A stretch of 58,408 nt of DNA from Treponema sp. (GCA_031276815.1 JAISMJ010000093.1:1-58408), one strand, 5' to 3'. Numbered from the stretch's first letter, positions 27,342-38,740 are shown. The notes: a model not told the origin generated them from the sequence alone. Numbers and translations are program-made.

Positions 27342-28661
27342 ATGAAATTACTAACGCTCGTTTCGCTTGCAGTCCGCTATCTTTCCCGTTACAAACGCAG
27401 GTATTTTTTTCTGTTTCTTGCATTGGTCGTCGGTTTTGCGGTTATCACCGCCATTACTGCGGTAAAGGAGGGCATGACCGATATGTTATACCGGACGGCT
27501 CAGTCTCATTACGCGGGCGATCTGATTGCGCTGGGCTTGGATCATGGTGGCGTTGGAAGCATGTTCCGTCTTGGACAAAAGGAAATAGATGCGATTCTCG
27601 CCGCTGCGGAGCAGCTTAATCTTACCCCGGATCGCATCGTGATGCGTACCAATTTTATGAACGAAGCCGCCGTCTACTACAACGGGAATATGGCGCGTCT
27701 CAAATATGTAAACGGCGTTGATTGGGATGCAGAAGCCGGCCTGTTCAACAGTTTTAATTATGAAGCGAAACCTGAAAAATCTCTGGAAGGCGATGAAGCG
27801 ATTGTGATTTCTTCTCCCATTGCCCATTATTTGGGTATTAGGCAGGGAGACAGTCTTATTCTTGAGGTTAAAAACTACCTTGGACAGAAAAACACAGGCA
27901 GCTTTGTTGTCGCCGGTATTATTGAGGATAAAACTATTTTTGGCTATTTTAAGAGTTACATCTCAAGAAACGCGCTGAACGAGCTGTTGGGGTTTAACGC
28001 CGGAGAATGTTCCGCCATTGGGTTTTTCTTTACTGATAAGAAAGCCGATATTGACCGGAACAAGGTGCTGCTTCAATGGGTGCTTGAAGATAGCGGGATA
28101 CATACCGCCGCCACAATGCGAAACCGTTCTGATTTTGAAGCCGAACAGGCGATGGAGTGGGACGGCATTAACGTTTTTATACTGACGCTTGAGATTTATC
28201 TGTCCGATGTTGATGATCTGTTAAAAGCAATGGATATCCTTTCGTATTTGCTGTTTGCCATGATGCTCGTTATTGTATTTGTAAGCGCGCTGGTAACTTA
28301 TAAGTTGATCCTCTTCGAGCGTTCACAGGAACTAGGAACCATGCTTGTTCTGGGTTTCCAAGAAAAAGACATAACATGGATACTGGGCATAGAAGCCGCG
28401 TGTTTGGTGGTGATTTCCGTTATTGCGGGGTTCTTATTCTCTTTTGTTTTGGTGAAGATTCTTTCTGTACTGCCGTTCTCGGATATTTCTGGCTTTGAAA
28501 TGTTTATGAAAGACGGGAAACTTTTTGCCCTGTACCGGTTTGAAAATATTTTGATCAATACGCTGGCTATTTTTGTAGTACTACTGCCAGCTCTTGGTAT
28601 TCCGGCTTTTAATGTATCCCGCGGGTTTCTTTCTCAAATGCTCAAGGGAAATGGTGAATGA
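27342..28661 (+). CDS. ABC transporter permease, FtsX/MacB-type (second copy)
   Basis: Same architecture (RSQELGTMLVLGF). Start moved to the ATG at 27342, directly after the upstream TAA. Confidence 0.85.
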   Translation: MKLLTLVSLAVRYLSRYKRRYFFLFLALVVGFAVITAITAVKEGMTDMLYRTAQSHYAGDLIALGLDHGGVGSMFRLGQKEIDAILAAAEQLNLTPDRIVMRTNFMNEAAVYYNGNMARLKYVNGVDWDAEAGLFNSFNYEAKPEKSLEGDEAIVISSPIAHYLGIRQGDSLILEVKNYLGQKNTGSFVVAGIIEDKTIFGYFKSYISRNALNELLGFNAGECSAIGFFFTDKKADIDRNKVLLQWVLEDSGIHTAATMRNRSDFEAEQAMEWDGINVFILTLEIYLSDVDDLLKAMDILSYLLFAMMLVIVFVSALVTYKLILFERSQELGTMLVLGFQEKDITWILGIEAACLVVISVIAGFLFSFVLVKILSVLPFSDISGFEMFMKDGKLFALYRFENILINTLAIFVVLLPALGIPAFNVSRGFLSQMLKGNGE

Positions 28662-28704
28662 AGCATGTTTACCGCTGAATTCCTACTTTATATAAGGACG
28701 AAAA

Positions 28705-29520
28705 ATGAAAACCAAATATAATGTGGTATATTATAATACCATGAAAGGTATAGTATCGATAACCGTTTTCTTTTTATTTTTTGCGGTTTTGATAACAGGT
28801 TCATTATATGCTCTTACGGATACGGAATTATTGAAGCAAGCGGATGATCTGGTCAGTTATTTCGATACTGATTTCTCTGCGGAATATACTATAGTTGAGG
28901 ATAAGCCGGGACAGGCGCGCACTACAACCGTAGCGGCAATTTTCAGGCGGGACTCTCAAGAGACGTACGTAATTGTGATTCTACAGCCAAGTATAAGCCG
29001 CGGACAGGGCTACCTCAAACAGGGCGGTACGCTGTGGTTTTACGATCCGGAGAGTAAGCGTTTTAATACGACGAGCAGCAGCGATAGGTTTCAAAATACC
29101 AATGCCAGCAATTCTGATTTTACCCGGTCAACGCTGTCTCATGATTATCAGGTACTTTCCGGTGAAGATGTGGCGCTTGGCAAGTACAAATGCAGGCTTC
29201 TTACACTGCTTTCCAAATCTAAAGGCGTACAGTACCCCAGAATGCGGCTGTGGATAAGTGAGGATGGATTGGTACGTAAAAGTGAAGATTACAGTCTTTC
29301 TGGTCAGCTCCTGCGTACTTCGGCTATCCCCGATTATTACAAGATGGGGAACCGTTATGTTCCTAAACAGATTCTTTTTGAAGATGCGCTTAAAGGCGCC
29401 GTTGTAAACGGTAGATTCATCAAAGAAAGAACCCTGATAACCATTACGAAACCATCTTTTGTCGGAGTTGGCGATTATATATTCTCAAAAACCTATTTAG
29501 AGATGGTAAACAATCAATGA
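28705..29520 (+). CDS. Outer-membrane lipoprotein-sorting (LolA-like) protein
   Basis: 271 aa with a signal peptide. LWFYDPESKRF and the position after the ABC/FtsX genes are typical of LolA-like carriers. Confidence 0.6.
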   Translation: MKTKYNVVYYNTMKGIVSITVFFLFFAVLITGSLYALTDTELLKQADDLVSYFDTDFSAEYTIVEDKPGQARTTTVAAIFRRDSQETYVIVILQPSISRGQGYLKQGGTLWFYDPESKRFNTTSSSDRFQNTNASNSDFTRSTLSHDYQVLSGEDVALGKYKCRLLTLLSKSKGVQYPRMRLWISEDGLVRKSEDYSLSGQLLRTSAIPDYYKMGNRYVPKQILFEDALKGAVVNGRFIKERTLITITKPSFVGVGDYIFSKTYLEMVNNQ

Positions 29521-31040
29521 AACAGTATATTGTATGCGTATTGTTTTTATGCTTATGCCAAGCGGACTTTTTGAATGCTCAGACAGTGGCGGCGCCTGCG
29601 GACGATCCGGAAACCGAACCGGTAGTGGATCTAGATACACTAGGCGATATAGATTCGTTATTTGAAGAGAAAACGTCAGCAGCCGATACATCTGTCCTTA
29701 TAGAAACGCCGGCAAAGCCTGCCACTCAGCCTAATCCTTCTGTAGCGTCGGCGGCGTCTGTGATTTCCAGCCTCAAGAAAAAAGGCTTCAGCTTAAATGC
29801 AAACTACTCTTTTACCGGAGGCGTTTTCCCCGGATGGGATGAAGCGCCGTGGTATTGGGACGAATACCCTGCCGAACAAACTTCGCTGCCGGGATTGATT
29901 ATGACGTCCTCACTGGGGCTTAATTACCAGCTTTCCGACACCTTGGGCGTTAAATCAAGTTTCTCGTTTTCTTTTCCCGCCTTTGCTATTGCAGTAGATT
30001 CGTTTTACCTTGATTACTCAATATACGACAAAGTTTTTTTACGCGCCGGCAAATTTTCTTATAATTGGGGAATTTCGAGAGATTTCCCCTTCGCCAATCT
30101 TTTATCGCTTGTCCCGACAGCATCTCAACTTGGGACAGGGACACACTATGTGAAGACGGATAAAGATGGAAAAATCAAGAAAATCGATCGTTACACCCCC
30201 CCGACTACCCAAAATGATGTCTATACCGTAAGATTAGCCATTCCTGTTGGAATAGGCGGTTTGGAGTTTGTCGCCATAGCGCACTATGATTTCTTTAATG
30301 ATAAAACATTAGAAACCAACATCCAGCGCGAGTTGGTGTATTGGGGCGGCAAATACAATCTTGCCTTCAAAATGGCGGATATCAATGCCGGATTCATGTA
30401 CAGCGAAGTTATGCCCTTACGTGTATCGCTTTCGGTTAAGACAACCATCTTGAATACCGAACTATATGTTGAAGGACTCGCCGCCATCGGAAGCGGCGAT
30501 CTTGTAGCGGGAAGAAAAATTACCGAATGGGTAAATGATAAGGGTGAGGAACAAACCGATCCATGGACAGAGTACAGTCGTGAAAGAAAATGGGAGGCGT
30601 TTGCTTTTTCAGGCAGTATCGGCTTTGCGCGGGATTTTTTCTCCAAAAAACTCTCAATCGGTAGCGAGTTTTTCTATAATGGAGAGTCGGATCTCCAATG
30701 GATGACCGAAGCGGATATTGAAAAAGGACTGCCAAGCAGGACTACCTCACTTCTTGAAGGCAGTAATCTGGCGGTCAATCTTTCTTTCAAACCCGGATGG
30801 CATGATTTGCGGTTTGCCGTTAAATTTCTCTACGGCATTAATGATAATACCATGCAGCTTGTACCGGGAATACGTATCGTTCCATTTCCTAATATGGCGG
30901 TGTCTTTAGCAGTCCCAATGGCGCTTGGCAGTAGAGACGGTTACTATTACCAGCATAATACGGATACGAAAAACCGCCCCTTCAGCGTTGCGCTTGCCGT
31001 TACGTTTAGTGGAAGTCATAGCTGGGATAATTATAAATGA
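29517..31040 (+). CDS. Secreted protein, possibly an outer-membrane beta-rich protein
   Basis: 507 aa. Signal peptide MKQYIVCVLFLCLCQADFLNAQ. The rest has alternating aromatic/small-residue beta-strand-like patterns. Start overlaps the upstream stop. Confidence 0.55.
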   Translation: MKQYIVCVLFLCLCQADFLNAQTVAAPADDPETEPVVDLDTLGDIDSLFEEKTSAADTSVLIETPAKPATQPNPSVASAASVISSLKKKGFSLNANYSFTGGVFPGWDEAPWYWDEYPAEQTSLPGLIMTSSLGLNYQLSDTLGVKSSFSFSFPAFAIAVDSFYLDYSIYDKVFLRAGKFSYNWGISRDFPFANLLSLVPTASQLGTGTHYVKTDKDGKIKKIDRYTPPTTQNDVYTVRLAIPVGIGGLEFVAIAHYDFFNDKTLETNIQRELVYWGGKYNLAFKMADINAGFMYSEVMPLRVSLSVKTTILNTELYVEGLAAIGSGDLVAGRKITEWVNDKGEEQTDPWTEYSRERKWEAFAFSGSIGFARDFFSKKLSIGSEFFYNGESDLQWMTEADIEKGLPSRTTSLLEGSNLAVNLSFKPGWHDLRFAVKFLYGINDNTMQLVPGIRIVPFPNMAVSLAVPMALGSRDGYYYQHNTDTKNRPFSVALAVTFSGSHSWDNYK

Positions 31041-31052
31041 GAAGTGGAATTA

Positions 31053-32201
31053 ATGAAGATAGCCTTTGAAGCGGATTCGCTTATAATACAACAAAAAACC
31101 GGTGTAAGTTACTCTGAAGAAGCGGTTGTCAAAGAATTATTGCTGAATTATAAAGAAAACATATATTTTTTTAATATCTTTGCCCGGTCTAAAGAGACGC
31201 GGATCAATTTTTTTTTAAGTACAAGCTGCCAAATGAATTGCTGTCGATGGCTTTCGTATGACTGGTATAGACTGCTATCATCTTTTCTGGGTTTGCCCTA
31301 CTCTTTGTTTTTTGGCAAGAAGGCTGATGTGTATCATTTTTTTAACTGCTATGTACCGCCTTTTGTTGCCGGTAAGAGAGTCGTTACGGTACATGATATG
31401 GCTTTTAAGTCTTATCCTGAAACGGTTCGGCTTAAAACAAAGATGTTGCGCGCTCTCAATTTTAAGCGATCATTGAAACGCGCCGATGTTATTGTTACCG
31501 TATCCGATTTTACCAAACAAGAACTGATTACCTATTATCCCGAGTTCACAAAAAAGCGGATTGAGGTAGTACCGAACGGGGTCTCGCCCGATTTTTTTTA
31601 TAAAGCACCGGAACTAGTTATTAAAAATGTAAAGATGAAGTATAAAATAGAAGATGAATATTTTTTGTATGTAGGTACTTTGGAGCCGAGGAAGAATCTT
31701 GAGCGTTTAATTGCGGCTTTTGCCCATTTTATGCGTGGTAGAAAAGCAGGTCCGCAGCTTGTGATTGCGGGAGGGAAAGGCTGGCGCTATGAAAGTATCT
31801 TTGAAAGGGGGAACCGGTTGTCTTGTGCGGGGAAAATTATTTTTACTGGTTATGTCGAAAAAGATGATATACCGGCTCTATTAAGCGGCGCTCTAGCTTT
31901 TTGTTTTCTTTCGCTTTATGAGGGCTTTGGAATGCCTATTCTTGAAGCCATGTCTTGCGGAACGCCGGTGATTACTTCAGATAGCTCTTCCTTGAGAGAA
32001 ATAGCCGGAGGCGCGGCATTACTGGTAAATCCTCTTAATATCGAGTCCATTGAAGCCGACATCCATAAACTGTATAATGATAAGAACTTCCGCGAAGACT
32101 TATCGTCTCGGGGAAAGCGACGGGTTTTAGATTATTCTTGGAAACACGCGGGCGAAAAACTCATAACAATTTATACGGATTTATGTAATGAAAAAAATTA
32201 A
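31053..32201 (+). CDS. Glycosyltransferase family 4 (GT-B, Glycos_transf_1)
   Basis: EGFGMPILEAMSCGTPVITSDSSSLREIAG is the E-x7-E region. I prefer the ATG at 31053 (MKIAFEAD) to the track GTG at 31044. Confidence 0.88.
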   Translation: MKIAFEADSLIIQQKTGVSYSEEAVVKELLLNYKENIYFFNIFARSKETRINFFLSTSCQMNCCRWLSYDWYRLLSSFLGLPYSLFFGKKADVYHFFNCYVPPFVAGKRVVTVHDMAFKSYPETVRLKTKMLRALNFKRSLKRADVIVTVSDFTKQELITYYPEFTKKRIEVVPNGVSPDFFYKAPELVIKNVKMKYKIEDEYFLYVGTLEPRKNLERLIAAFAHFMRGRKAGPQLVIAGGKGWRYESIFERGNRLSCAGKIIFTGYVEKDDIPALLSGALAFCFLSLYEGFGMPILEAMSCGTPVITSDSSSLREIAGGAALLVNPLNIESIEADIHKLYNDKNFREDLSSRGKRRVLDYSWKHAGEKLITIYTDLCNEKN

Positions 32202-33336
32202 AATTCTTCAAATTAATAAATTTTACGCGCCGTGGGTGGGAGGCGTTGAAAGGGTCGTTCAGAATATAGCCGAAGGTCTCAATACTAAAAGCGATATGAA
32301 GGTACTGGTATGCCAGAGCAAAGGTAAAGCGGAAAAAACGACTGTGAATAATGTCCAGATAATCCGCTCCGCAAGTCTCGGTATTTTTTATTCGATGCCT
32401 GTATCGTTTGATTTTATATTTAAATTGTGGAAATTATCGAGACAGCACGATATTTTACTATTTCATACGCCTTTTCCGCTGGCGGATATAGCCTGTCTCT
32501 TTTCGGGATACAGAGGAAAAATCGTTGTATGGTGGCACAGCGATATCATAAGTCAGCGGAAACTGTTAAAAATCATAAAACCAATCCTGAAGTGGTTTTT
32601 AAAGCGGGCGGATGTCATCGTGACGGCAACGCAGGCTCATATAGACAGTTCAGCTTTTTTAAGACCGCATAGGGAAAAATGCAAGATAATCCCTTTTGGG
32701 TTGAAATTTTCTGATTACGAGCAGGTCGGCATCAACCATTATTTAACAAATAAAATGTCAGATACGCAGCATAAAAAATTGTTGTTTGTGGGCAGGCTTG
32801 TATATTACAAAGGCATTGATATACTCATTCAGGCAATGCGGACTGTCCGAAAAGCGGAATTGTTCATTGTTGGAAGCGGCACCTTGGAGGGCGATTTAAA
32901 GTTCCGCACCGAGTCGGAGGGGTTGAGTGACACTATTCATTTCCTCGGTTATCTACCTTTTGAGGAGCTAAAAGCCGCGTATGCCGATTGTGATGTGTTT
33001 GTGTTCCCGTCTAACGCCCAGGTCGAAGCCTTTGGGCTTGCACAAATGGAAGCCATGTTCTATGGTAAACCTGTCGTCAATACCAACTTGCCCACAGGGG
33101 TGCCTCTGGTGAGTATTCACGAAAAGACCGGTTTAACCGTGCCGGTAAACGATGTACCCGCTCTGTCCTCCGCCATTCAGCGCATGATTGACGATGACGA
33201 ACTCCGCATCCGCTTGGGAATAAATGCCAGACAGCGGGTATACGAAGAGTTCGATTTTGACAAGATGATGGACAGGGTGTATGATCTTTTTGAAAAATTA
33301 GCGAATCATGATAGTACAAAACCTCCAGCTTCCTGA
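32188..33336 (+). CDS. Glycosyltransferase family 4 (GT-B)
   Basis: VEAFGLAQMEAMFYGKPVVNTNLPTGV. N-terminal KILQINKFYAPWVGGVE. Confidence 0.88.
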   Translation: MKKIKILQINKFYAPWVGGVERVVQNIAEGLNTKSDMKVLVCQSKGKAEKTTVNNVQIIRSASLGIFYSMPVSFDFIFKLWKLSRQHDILLFHTPFPLADIACLFSGYRGKIVVWWHSDIISQRKLLKIIKPILKWFLKRADVIVTATQAHIDSSAFLRPHREKCKIIPFGLKFSDYEQVGINHYLTNKMSDTQHKKLLFVGRLVYYKGIDILIQAMRTVRKAELFIVGSGTLEGDLKFRTESEGLSDTIHFLGYLPFEELKAAYADCDVFVFPSNAQVEAFGLAQMEAMFYGKPVVNTNLPTGVPLVSIHEKTGLTVPVNDVPALSSAIQRMIDDDELRIRLGINARQRVYEEFDFDKMMDRVYDLFEKLANHDSTKPPAS

Positions 33337-34924
33337 AATACCAGACAGGCTTTATATACGCGCATCCGATAGGGACATTAAACTTCAGAAAAAAAATATG
33401 GGTGTTTATGCTCAAGGAGAGGTGGCGTTTACAACGTATTACAATAGTTTTGCCTTGAAGAAATGGAAAAAATATACGGATATCGGTACCGTTTCTTTGG
33501 CATTAACCGCAAAAGGGCGGTTTGAAGTAACCCTCCTTGGCTTTGAGATTCTTCACGGCTTAAAAGCCGTGTGGAACATGCAAAAAAATAGTTTCGTTAA
33601 AAGAACATTAGATAAAAAGACGTTTTCCGTGCAGGAAACTACGGAATGTGAAATCGTCTATCCCGAGTGCGAGTGCGAGCTACTTGCGTTTACAATAAGG
33701 GCTTTTGAACACTCGGAATTGTACGGCGGCGCGTATTGCACAAGTATTGATGAAGAATCGCTGCCGGAGGTTAACCTTGCGCTTGCCATTTGCGCCTATA
33801 AACGCGAACAGTATATCAAAGCGAATATGGCTATGCTTAATGAAACGATCTTTTCCAATAACCACTCCATTCTGAACGATCATGTGCGCGTGTACATTGC
33901 CGATAACGGTCAGACCTTGAAAAAAGAAGAAATTGAGAGTGAAACAATAAAACTCTTTCCCAATATCAATAGCGGCGGTTCCGGCGGTTTCTCGCGCTGT
34001 ATGATTGAGGCGCTTGCCGATAAAGATCGGTACAACCTGACGCATATCGTTCTTATGGATGATGATATTTTTTTTACGCACGACGTGATAGCGCGTACCT
34101 ATACGTTTCTCCGGTTGCTGAGAAAAGAACATTCAAACATCGTGATAAGCGGCGCGATGATTAGGATGGATACGCCGCATATCCAGCATACATCGGGAGA
34201 AATGATAAAACCTGCTGAAATTGTACAGCATAAACACGGCTATGATCTTACTACTATCAGAGCAATAGTCCTCAATGAGATTGAAAAGCCGATAAATTAT
34301 TGCGCGTGGTGGTATTGCTGTTTCCGGCTTGAAGATACGCTACGCGCCAATTTAGCTTTACCGCTTTTTTTTCAATATGATGATACCGATTGGGGTTTAA
34401 GAAACAAAGGGCTTGAGAAAGTCGTCGTAAGCGGCATCTGCGTCCGGCATGAAACCTTTGACGCAAAGCGTACCGGCTGGAAAGATTACTATTCTATACG
34501 TAACCGCCTCGTTGTAGCAACGAGGCACAGAGATTCCGCTTTTCGGGGCTGTGGGAAGCTATATTTTCAGGCGCATATTTTTATCAAGATACTGCATAGA
34601 ATCGTGTTCTTCAGGTTTAACGACGCGGAATTGATGATGAAGGCGGTAGAAGATTACTGCCGGGGAATGGAATGGCTTGGAAGCGTTGACCCCGCCGCCG
34701 TGCTTCAGGACGTTCAACGGTACGCGGCGAAGGACGTACAGAAAAGCGTGTTTACTGGTATAAGGCTTACCGTGCGGCTCTTGAGGTTGGTATGGTCTTT
34801 CGGCTTACAGTTTAAGAAAATCGCAGCGCAGTATCATGAAAACTACCACCAGTATATCACTGAAGCGTTCTGGCGGAGCTATCTGGGCTTACAAGAAGAA
34901 GGCGTTCAAACGTCCGGCATATGA
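33308..34924 (+). CDS. Glycosyltransferase family 2-like (GT-A)
   Basis: 538 aa with LAICAYKRE, a DxD-type motif HIVLMDDDIFF, and WGLRN/ED segments typical of large GT2 enzymes. Confidence 0.7.
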   Translation: MIVQNLQLPEIPDRLYIRASDRDIKLQKKNMGVYAQGEVAFTTYYNSFALKKWKKYTDIGTVSLALTAKGRFEVTLLGFEILHGLKAVWNMQKNSFVKRTLDKKTFSVQETTECEIVYPECECELLAFTIRAFEHSELYGGAYCTSIDEESLPEVNLALAICAYKREQYIKANMAMLNETIFSNNHSILNDHVRVYIADNGQTLKKEEIESETIKLFPNINSGGSGGFSRCMIEALADKDRYNLTHIVLMDDDIFFTHDVIARTYTFLRLLRKEHSNIVISGAMIRMDTPHIQHTSGEMIKPAEIVQHKHGYDLTTIRAIVLNEIEKPINYCAWWYCCFRLEDTLRANLALPLFFQYDDTDWGLRNKGLEKVVVSGICVRHETFDAKRTGWKDYYSIRNRLVVATRHRDSAFRGCGKLYFQAHIFIKILHRIVFFRFNDAELMMKAVEDYCRGMEWLGSVDPAAVLQDVQRYAAKDVQKSVFTGIRLTVRLLRLVWSFGLQFKKIAAQYHENYHQYITEAFWRSYLGLQEEGVQTSGI

Positions 34925-35221
34925 ACCCGTCCATGCGGCTTGATTACGGTAAAGACGTTCAAATCGACCGTATACAAAATAAAAAACGAAAAGAACTCAT
35001 TATGATTGTCTTGAGATAGACGAGTTTGAACTTCTAGGTATGACCGGATAGCAATGGATGATTGGGACAGCTTGTGGCGACATGGGTAATTTCGGCGGAC
35101 TTGTTCTTTCTCGAAAAACTTATTCAATCACAGGAAAGTGTTTGAGAGGCTTTCTTGGTAGATCGCCTCCCAGTGTTTTTATTATTGCGATATGAAGACG
35201 CCCATCAATAACGAGGGCGGC

Positions 35222-36415
35222 TCAAGAAGCCGGAAACGTTTCCATCGCTTTCTTGAAGGAGTCCGCCGATGCGCGGATGATGGTTTCATCCACGCAATAG
35301 GCAAAACGCAGCCAGCCCGATGCGCCGAAACTTGTGCCCGGCACGCCGAGTATCAGATGCTTCTTGAGGTGATCCGAGAATCGCGCGTCATCGCCGCCCG
35401 CCGCATCCGGCGCTTTGACGAACAGGTAGAACGCCCCTTCCGGTTCCGCGTAGGTAAGCCCCGCGCTGTCGAGAACTTGTTTGAACGCATCGCGCCGGCG
35501 GGCGTACACGTCCACAGTAACCCGCGCGCCGGTGAGTTCCGCGACAACGCGCTGCATGAGCGCGGGCGCGTTCACAAAACCGAGAACGCGGGTGGCGTAG
35601 ATCAAGCCGTTCATCACATCGGTCTTATGGGAAATATGCGGGCCCACGGCAATATACCCGATACGCTCGCCGGGCAGCGAGAGATTCTTTGAGTAAGAAG
35701 AAACGACAATGGATTCGCCGTATACGGACAGCACGGGCGGTACCGCCGTATTGTACGCGATCTCACGGTACGGCTCATCCGCGACAAGGTAGGGGAAGCG
35801 CCCGCATGACGCGCCGTGCTCCGTAAGCGCGGCGGCAAGCGCGGCAAGCGTCTTTTCAGGATAGATGCGTCCGGTCGGGTTATGCGGCGAATTGATGAGA
35901 ACCGCCGCTGTTTTCGGCGTGAGCCGCGCCCGTATCGCGCTGACATCAAGGTTAAAATCCGCTGATGCGGGAACTTCAACGAGTATGCCGTTATGATTCG
36001 ATACGTACGCGCGGTACTCCATGAAGAACGGCGTTGGCACAATCACTTCGTCCCCGGTGTTGAGAATGGTTTTGAACACAACATTTAAGCCGCCCGCGGC
36101 TCCAACCGCCATCACGACATGGCTGCCGTCTATGTCGACCGTATGCTCGCGCCCCGCTTTACGCGCTATGCGCTCTCTCACATCCGGAAAGCCCGCATTC
36201 GGCATGTACCCGTGCGAGCCTTTTGCATCGTCGCGGGCAAGGCGCGTCAACGCCTCGTGAAACGCCGCCGGAGGCTCAACATCGGGATTCCCGATGGAAA
36301 AATCGAACACCTTGTCCGCGCCGTACCGCTTCTTTAACGCCGCGCCTTCTTCAAACAACTTTCTAATCGCGGAAGATGACGCGAGGCTGTTTTGTATATA
36401 CTGAGCTATAGGCAT
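35222..36415 (-). CDS. Class I/II PLP-dependent aminotransferase (AspC/AlaA-like)
   Basis: NSPHNPTG and SYSKNLSLPGERIGY (PLP lysine). Start moved to the ATG at 36415 (GAGGGGG SD), 4 nt after the guaB stop. Confidence 0.88.
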   Translation of the reverse strand: MPIAQYIQNSLASSSAIRKLFEEGAALKKRYGADKVFDFSIGNPDVEPPAAFHEALTRLARDDAKGSHGYMPNAGFPDVRERIARKAGREHTVDIDGSHVVMAVGAAGGLNVVFKTILNTGDEVIVPTPFFMEYRAYVSNHNGILVEVPASADFNLDVSAIRARLTPKTAAVLINSPHNPTGRIYPEKTLAALAAALTEHGASCGRFPYLVADEPYREIAYNTAVPPVLSVYGESIVVSSYSKNLSLPGERIGYIAVGPHISHKTDVMNGLIYATRVLGFVNAPALMQRVVAELTGARVTVDVYARRRDAFKQVLDSAGLTYAEPEGAFYLFVKAPDAAGGDDARFSDHLKKHLILGVPGTSFGASGWLRFAYCVDETIIRASADSFKKAMETFPAS

Positions 36416-36419
36416 GAGC

Positions 36420-37856
36420 TTACCCCCTCGAATAATTCGGCGCTTCTTGCATGATGGCGACGTCATGCGTATGGCTTTCTTTAAGACCCGCAGCCGTAAT
36501 CTTCACGAATGTCCGGTAGCTTTTCAACTCGGCGATATTCTTGCACCCGCAATACCCCATGCCCTTGCGTAGACCGGATACCAGTTGGTGCAGGTACTCC
36601 CGCAGTTCCCCCTTATACGGCACCCGCCCTTCGATGCCTTCCGGCACCGGGCTTTCATCTTTGGAGATTTGGTACCGGTCGCCCGATCCGTCTTTAAGGG
36701 CGCCGAGGCTTCCCATGCCCCGGTACTCTTTGTAAATGCGCCCGTCGTAGATGATCTCCCGCCCGGGCGCTTCCTTTAAGCCGGCAAACAGGTTGCCTAT
36801 CATCACAACGTCCGCGCCCGCGCCGACCGCCTTGGCGATGTCGCCCGAAAATTTAATGCCGCCGTCCGCAATGACCGGAATACCGCTGCCCGCCGCTTCC
36901 TCGGCGCAGTCCCATACCGCGGTAAATTGCGGCACGCCCACGCCGGCGACAATACGGGTGGTGCAGATTGAACCGGGACCGACGCCCACCTTAACGGCGT
37001 CCGCGCCGGCTTCGATGAGCCGCCGCGTACCGGCTTTTGTGGCGACGTTTCCCGCAATAACCGGTATGCCGAAAGCGTCTTTTATGCTTTTTACCGCATC
37101 GCATACGTTTTTCGAATCCCCGTGCGCGGTATCAAGCACGACGTAATCGACTTTGGCGTTTTTTAGAAGGGGCATACGCGCCGCGCTATCCTGCGGGGAA
37201 ACCGCCGCGCCGACAATGAGCCGCCCTGTTTTATCGGTTGCCGCTCGCGGGAAATTAGCGTGTTTCTCCATATCTTTCACCGTGATGAGTCCGGTGAGCC
37301 GCCCTTGCCCGTCAATCACCGGCAGCTTCTCAATGCGGTATTTATCGAATTTTTCCCTCGCGCTTGCAACGGACGGGTCGCCTTCCTCAACAATGACCTT
37401 GCGCGTCATCACCGCAATAACCGGAAGGCTGTCGTCTTTACAAAAACGCAAGTCCCTGCTCGTGATGATGCCGAGAAGCGTAGCGTTCTTATCGACAACC
37501 GGCATACCGGACACGTTGAACCGCTCCATCATCGCCTTAATATCCTTAACCAGGGCGTCCGCGCCCACCGTTACCGGCGTATCTATGATCCAGTTGAGGT
37601 ACCGTTTGACAGTGGCGACCTGCTGCGCCTGCCGTTCAGGGCTCAAGTTGCGGTGAATGACGCCGCTCCCGCCCTCAAGGGCAATGGCTATGGCGAGCCG
37701 TTCTTCAGTAACCGTATCCATCGCCGCTGAAATGATAGGCGCGTTCAGTTTCACATCCGCGCACAATGTAGTCCGCACATCGCAGTCTTTCGGCAGAATG
37801 CCGGAATACCCGGGCGCCAAAAGCACATCGTCATACGAATAAGCTTCGGTAAACAT
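36420..37856 (-). CDS. guaB: IMP dehydrogenase
   Basis: [11 protein letters not shown], a tandem CBS insert, [11 protein letters not shown] (catalytic Cys) and [12 protein letters not shown]. Start at the ATG at 37856, preceded by AGGAGG. Confidence 0.95.
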   Translation of the reverse strand: MFTEAYSYDDVLLAPGYSGILPKDCDVRTTLCADVKLNAPIISAAMDTVTEERLAIAIALEGGSGVIHRNLSPERQAQQVATVKRYLNWIIDTPVTVGADALVKDIKAMMERFNVSGMPVVDKNATLLGIITSRDLRFCKDDSLPVIAVMTRKVIVEEGDPSVASAREKFDKYRIEKLPVIDGQGRLTGLITVKDMEKHANFPRAATDKTGRLIVGAAVSPQDSAARMPLLKNAKVDYVVLDTAHGDSKNVCDAVKSIKDAFGIPVIAGNVATKAGTRRLIEAGADAVKVGVGPGSICTTRIVAGVGVPQFTAVWDCAEEAAGSGIPVIADGGIKFSGDIAKAVGAGADVVMIGNLFAGLKEAPGREIIYDGRIYKEYRGMGSLGALKDGSGDRYQISKDESPVPEGIEGRVPYKGELREYLHQLVSGLRKGMGYCGCKNIAELKSYRTFVKITAAGLKESHTHDVAIMQEAPNYSRG

Positions 37857-38290
37857 GTTTTTCCTCCTTGTATGTTCTCTCTCTCTGTTCCTGTAAGGTA
37901 TGAGAAATACATCGCTGATTATAACGTTTGTACGGTCATCGCGTTCCGGCGCGTCTTTGCAAGCCATTCCGCCCCGTCCCGCGCCGCGGGCGTCACCGTG
38001 TCCCTCTCCGCCTTCATAGACGGTTCCTCTGACATACAGGGCGTGAGCGCGTCACACAATAGATGGTCTGAACATGAATACCGGAGATCAAGAGGGGATA
38101 GCATACGGAATAGTGAACGGATTTCCATAACGAATTATGCCATATTCCGTACCTTTTGACAAGGAGAGAGAAGAGAGGGTCTAGGCATCCGTTTTCCCCT
38201 CATTATGGGGAATCGCCCGCTTTGTTACGGTATGACCGCGCTCACTATCTATGCAAGGAGCGGGCGCGTACGTCTCATCGCACGTCAGAT

Positions 38291-38740
38291 TGTCGACTAC
38301 ACGCCGTATGAAGTCGACTACGAGTCGCGTGAAGTCGACTACGCGCAGTATGAAGTCGACTACGAATAGCGTGAAGTCGACTACGTACAGCATGAAGTCG
38401 ACTACGCACAGTATGAAGTCGACTACGAGTCGAGTGAAGTCGACTACGAATAGCATGAAGTCGACTACGCACAGTATGAAGTCGACTACTAGTCGCGTGA
38501 AGTCGACTACGTGCAGTATGAAGTCGACTACTAGTCGTATGAAGTCGACTACGCGCAGTATGAAGTCGACTACGAATCGCGTGAAGTCGACTACGTGTAG
38601 TATGAAGTCGACTACGAGTCGCGTGTAGTCGACTACGCGCAGTATGTAGTCGACTACGAGTCGCGTGAAGTCGACTACGCGCTTCATGAAGTCGAATACG
38701 TGTAGTATGTAGTCGACTACGCGCAACAGATTGTCGACGC
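38291..38740. repeat. Intergenic tandem array 3: ~21 x 21 bp
   Basis: The unit is GAAGTCGACTAC plus 9 variable nt. The core AGTCGACT (extended to GTAGTCGACTAC in some units) is palindromic. Lies ~430 nt upstream of the guaB ATG and just past the terminator of the 39-54 kb operon. Confidence 0.88.

Noticed and set aside
34906-35127. 73-aa minus-strand ORF in the gap between the convergent GT2 and aminotransferase genes.
   Set aside because: There is no SD, it overlaps the GT2 stop, its composition is unlike the neighbouring genes, and it has no motif.
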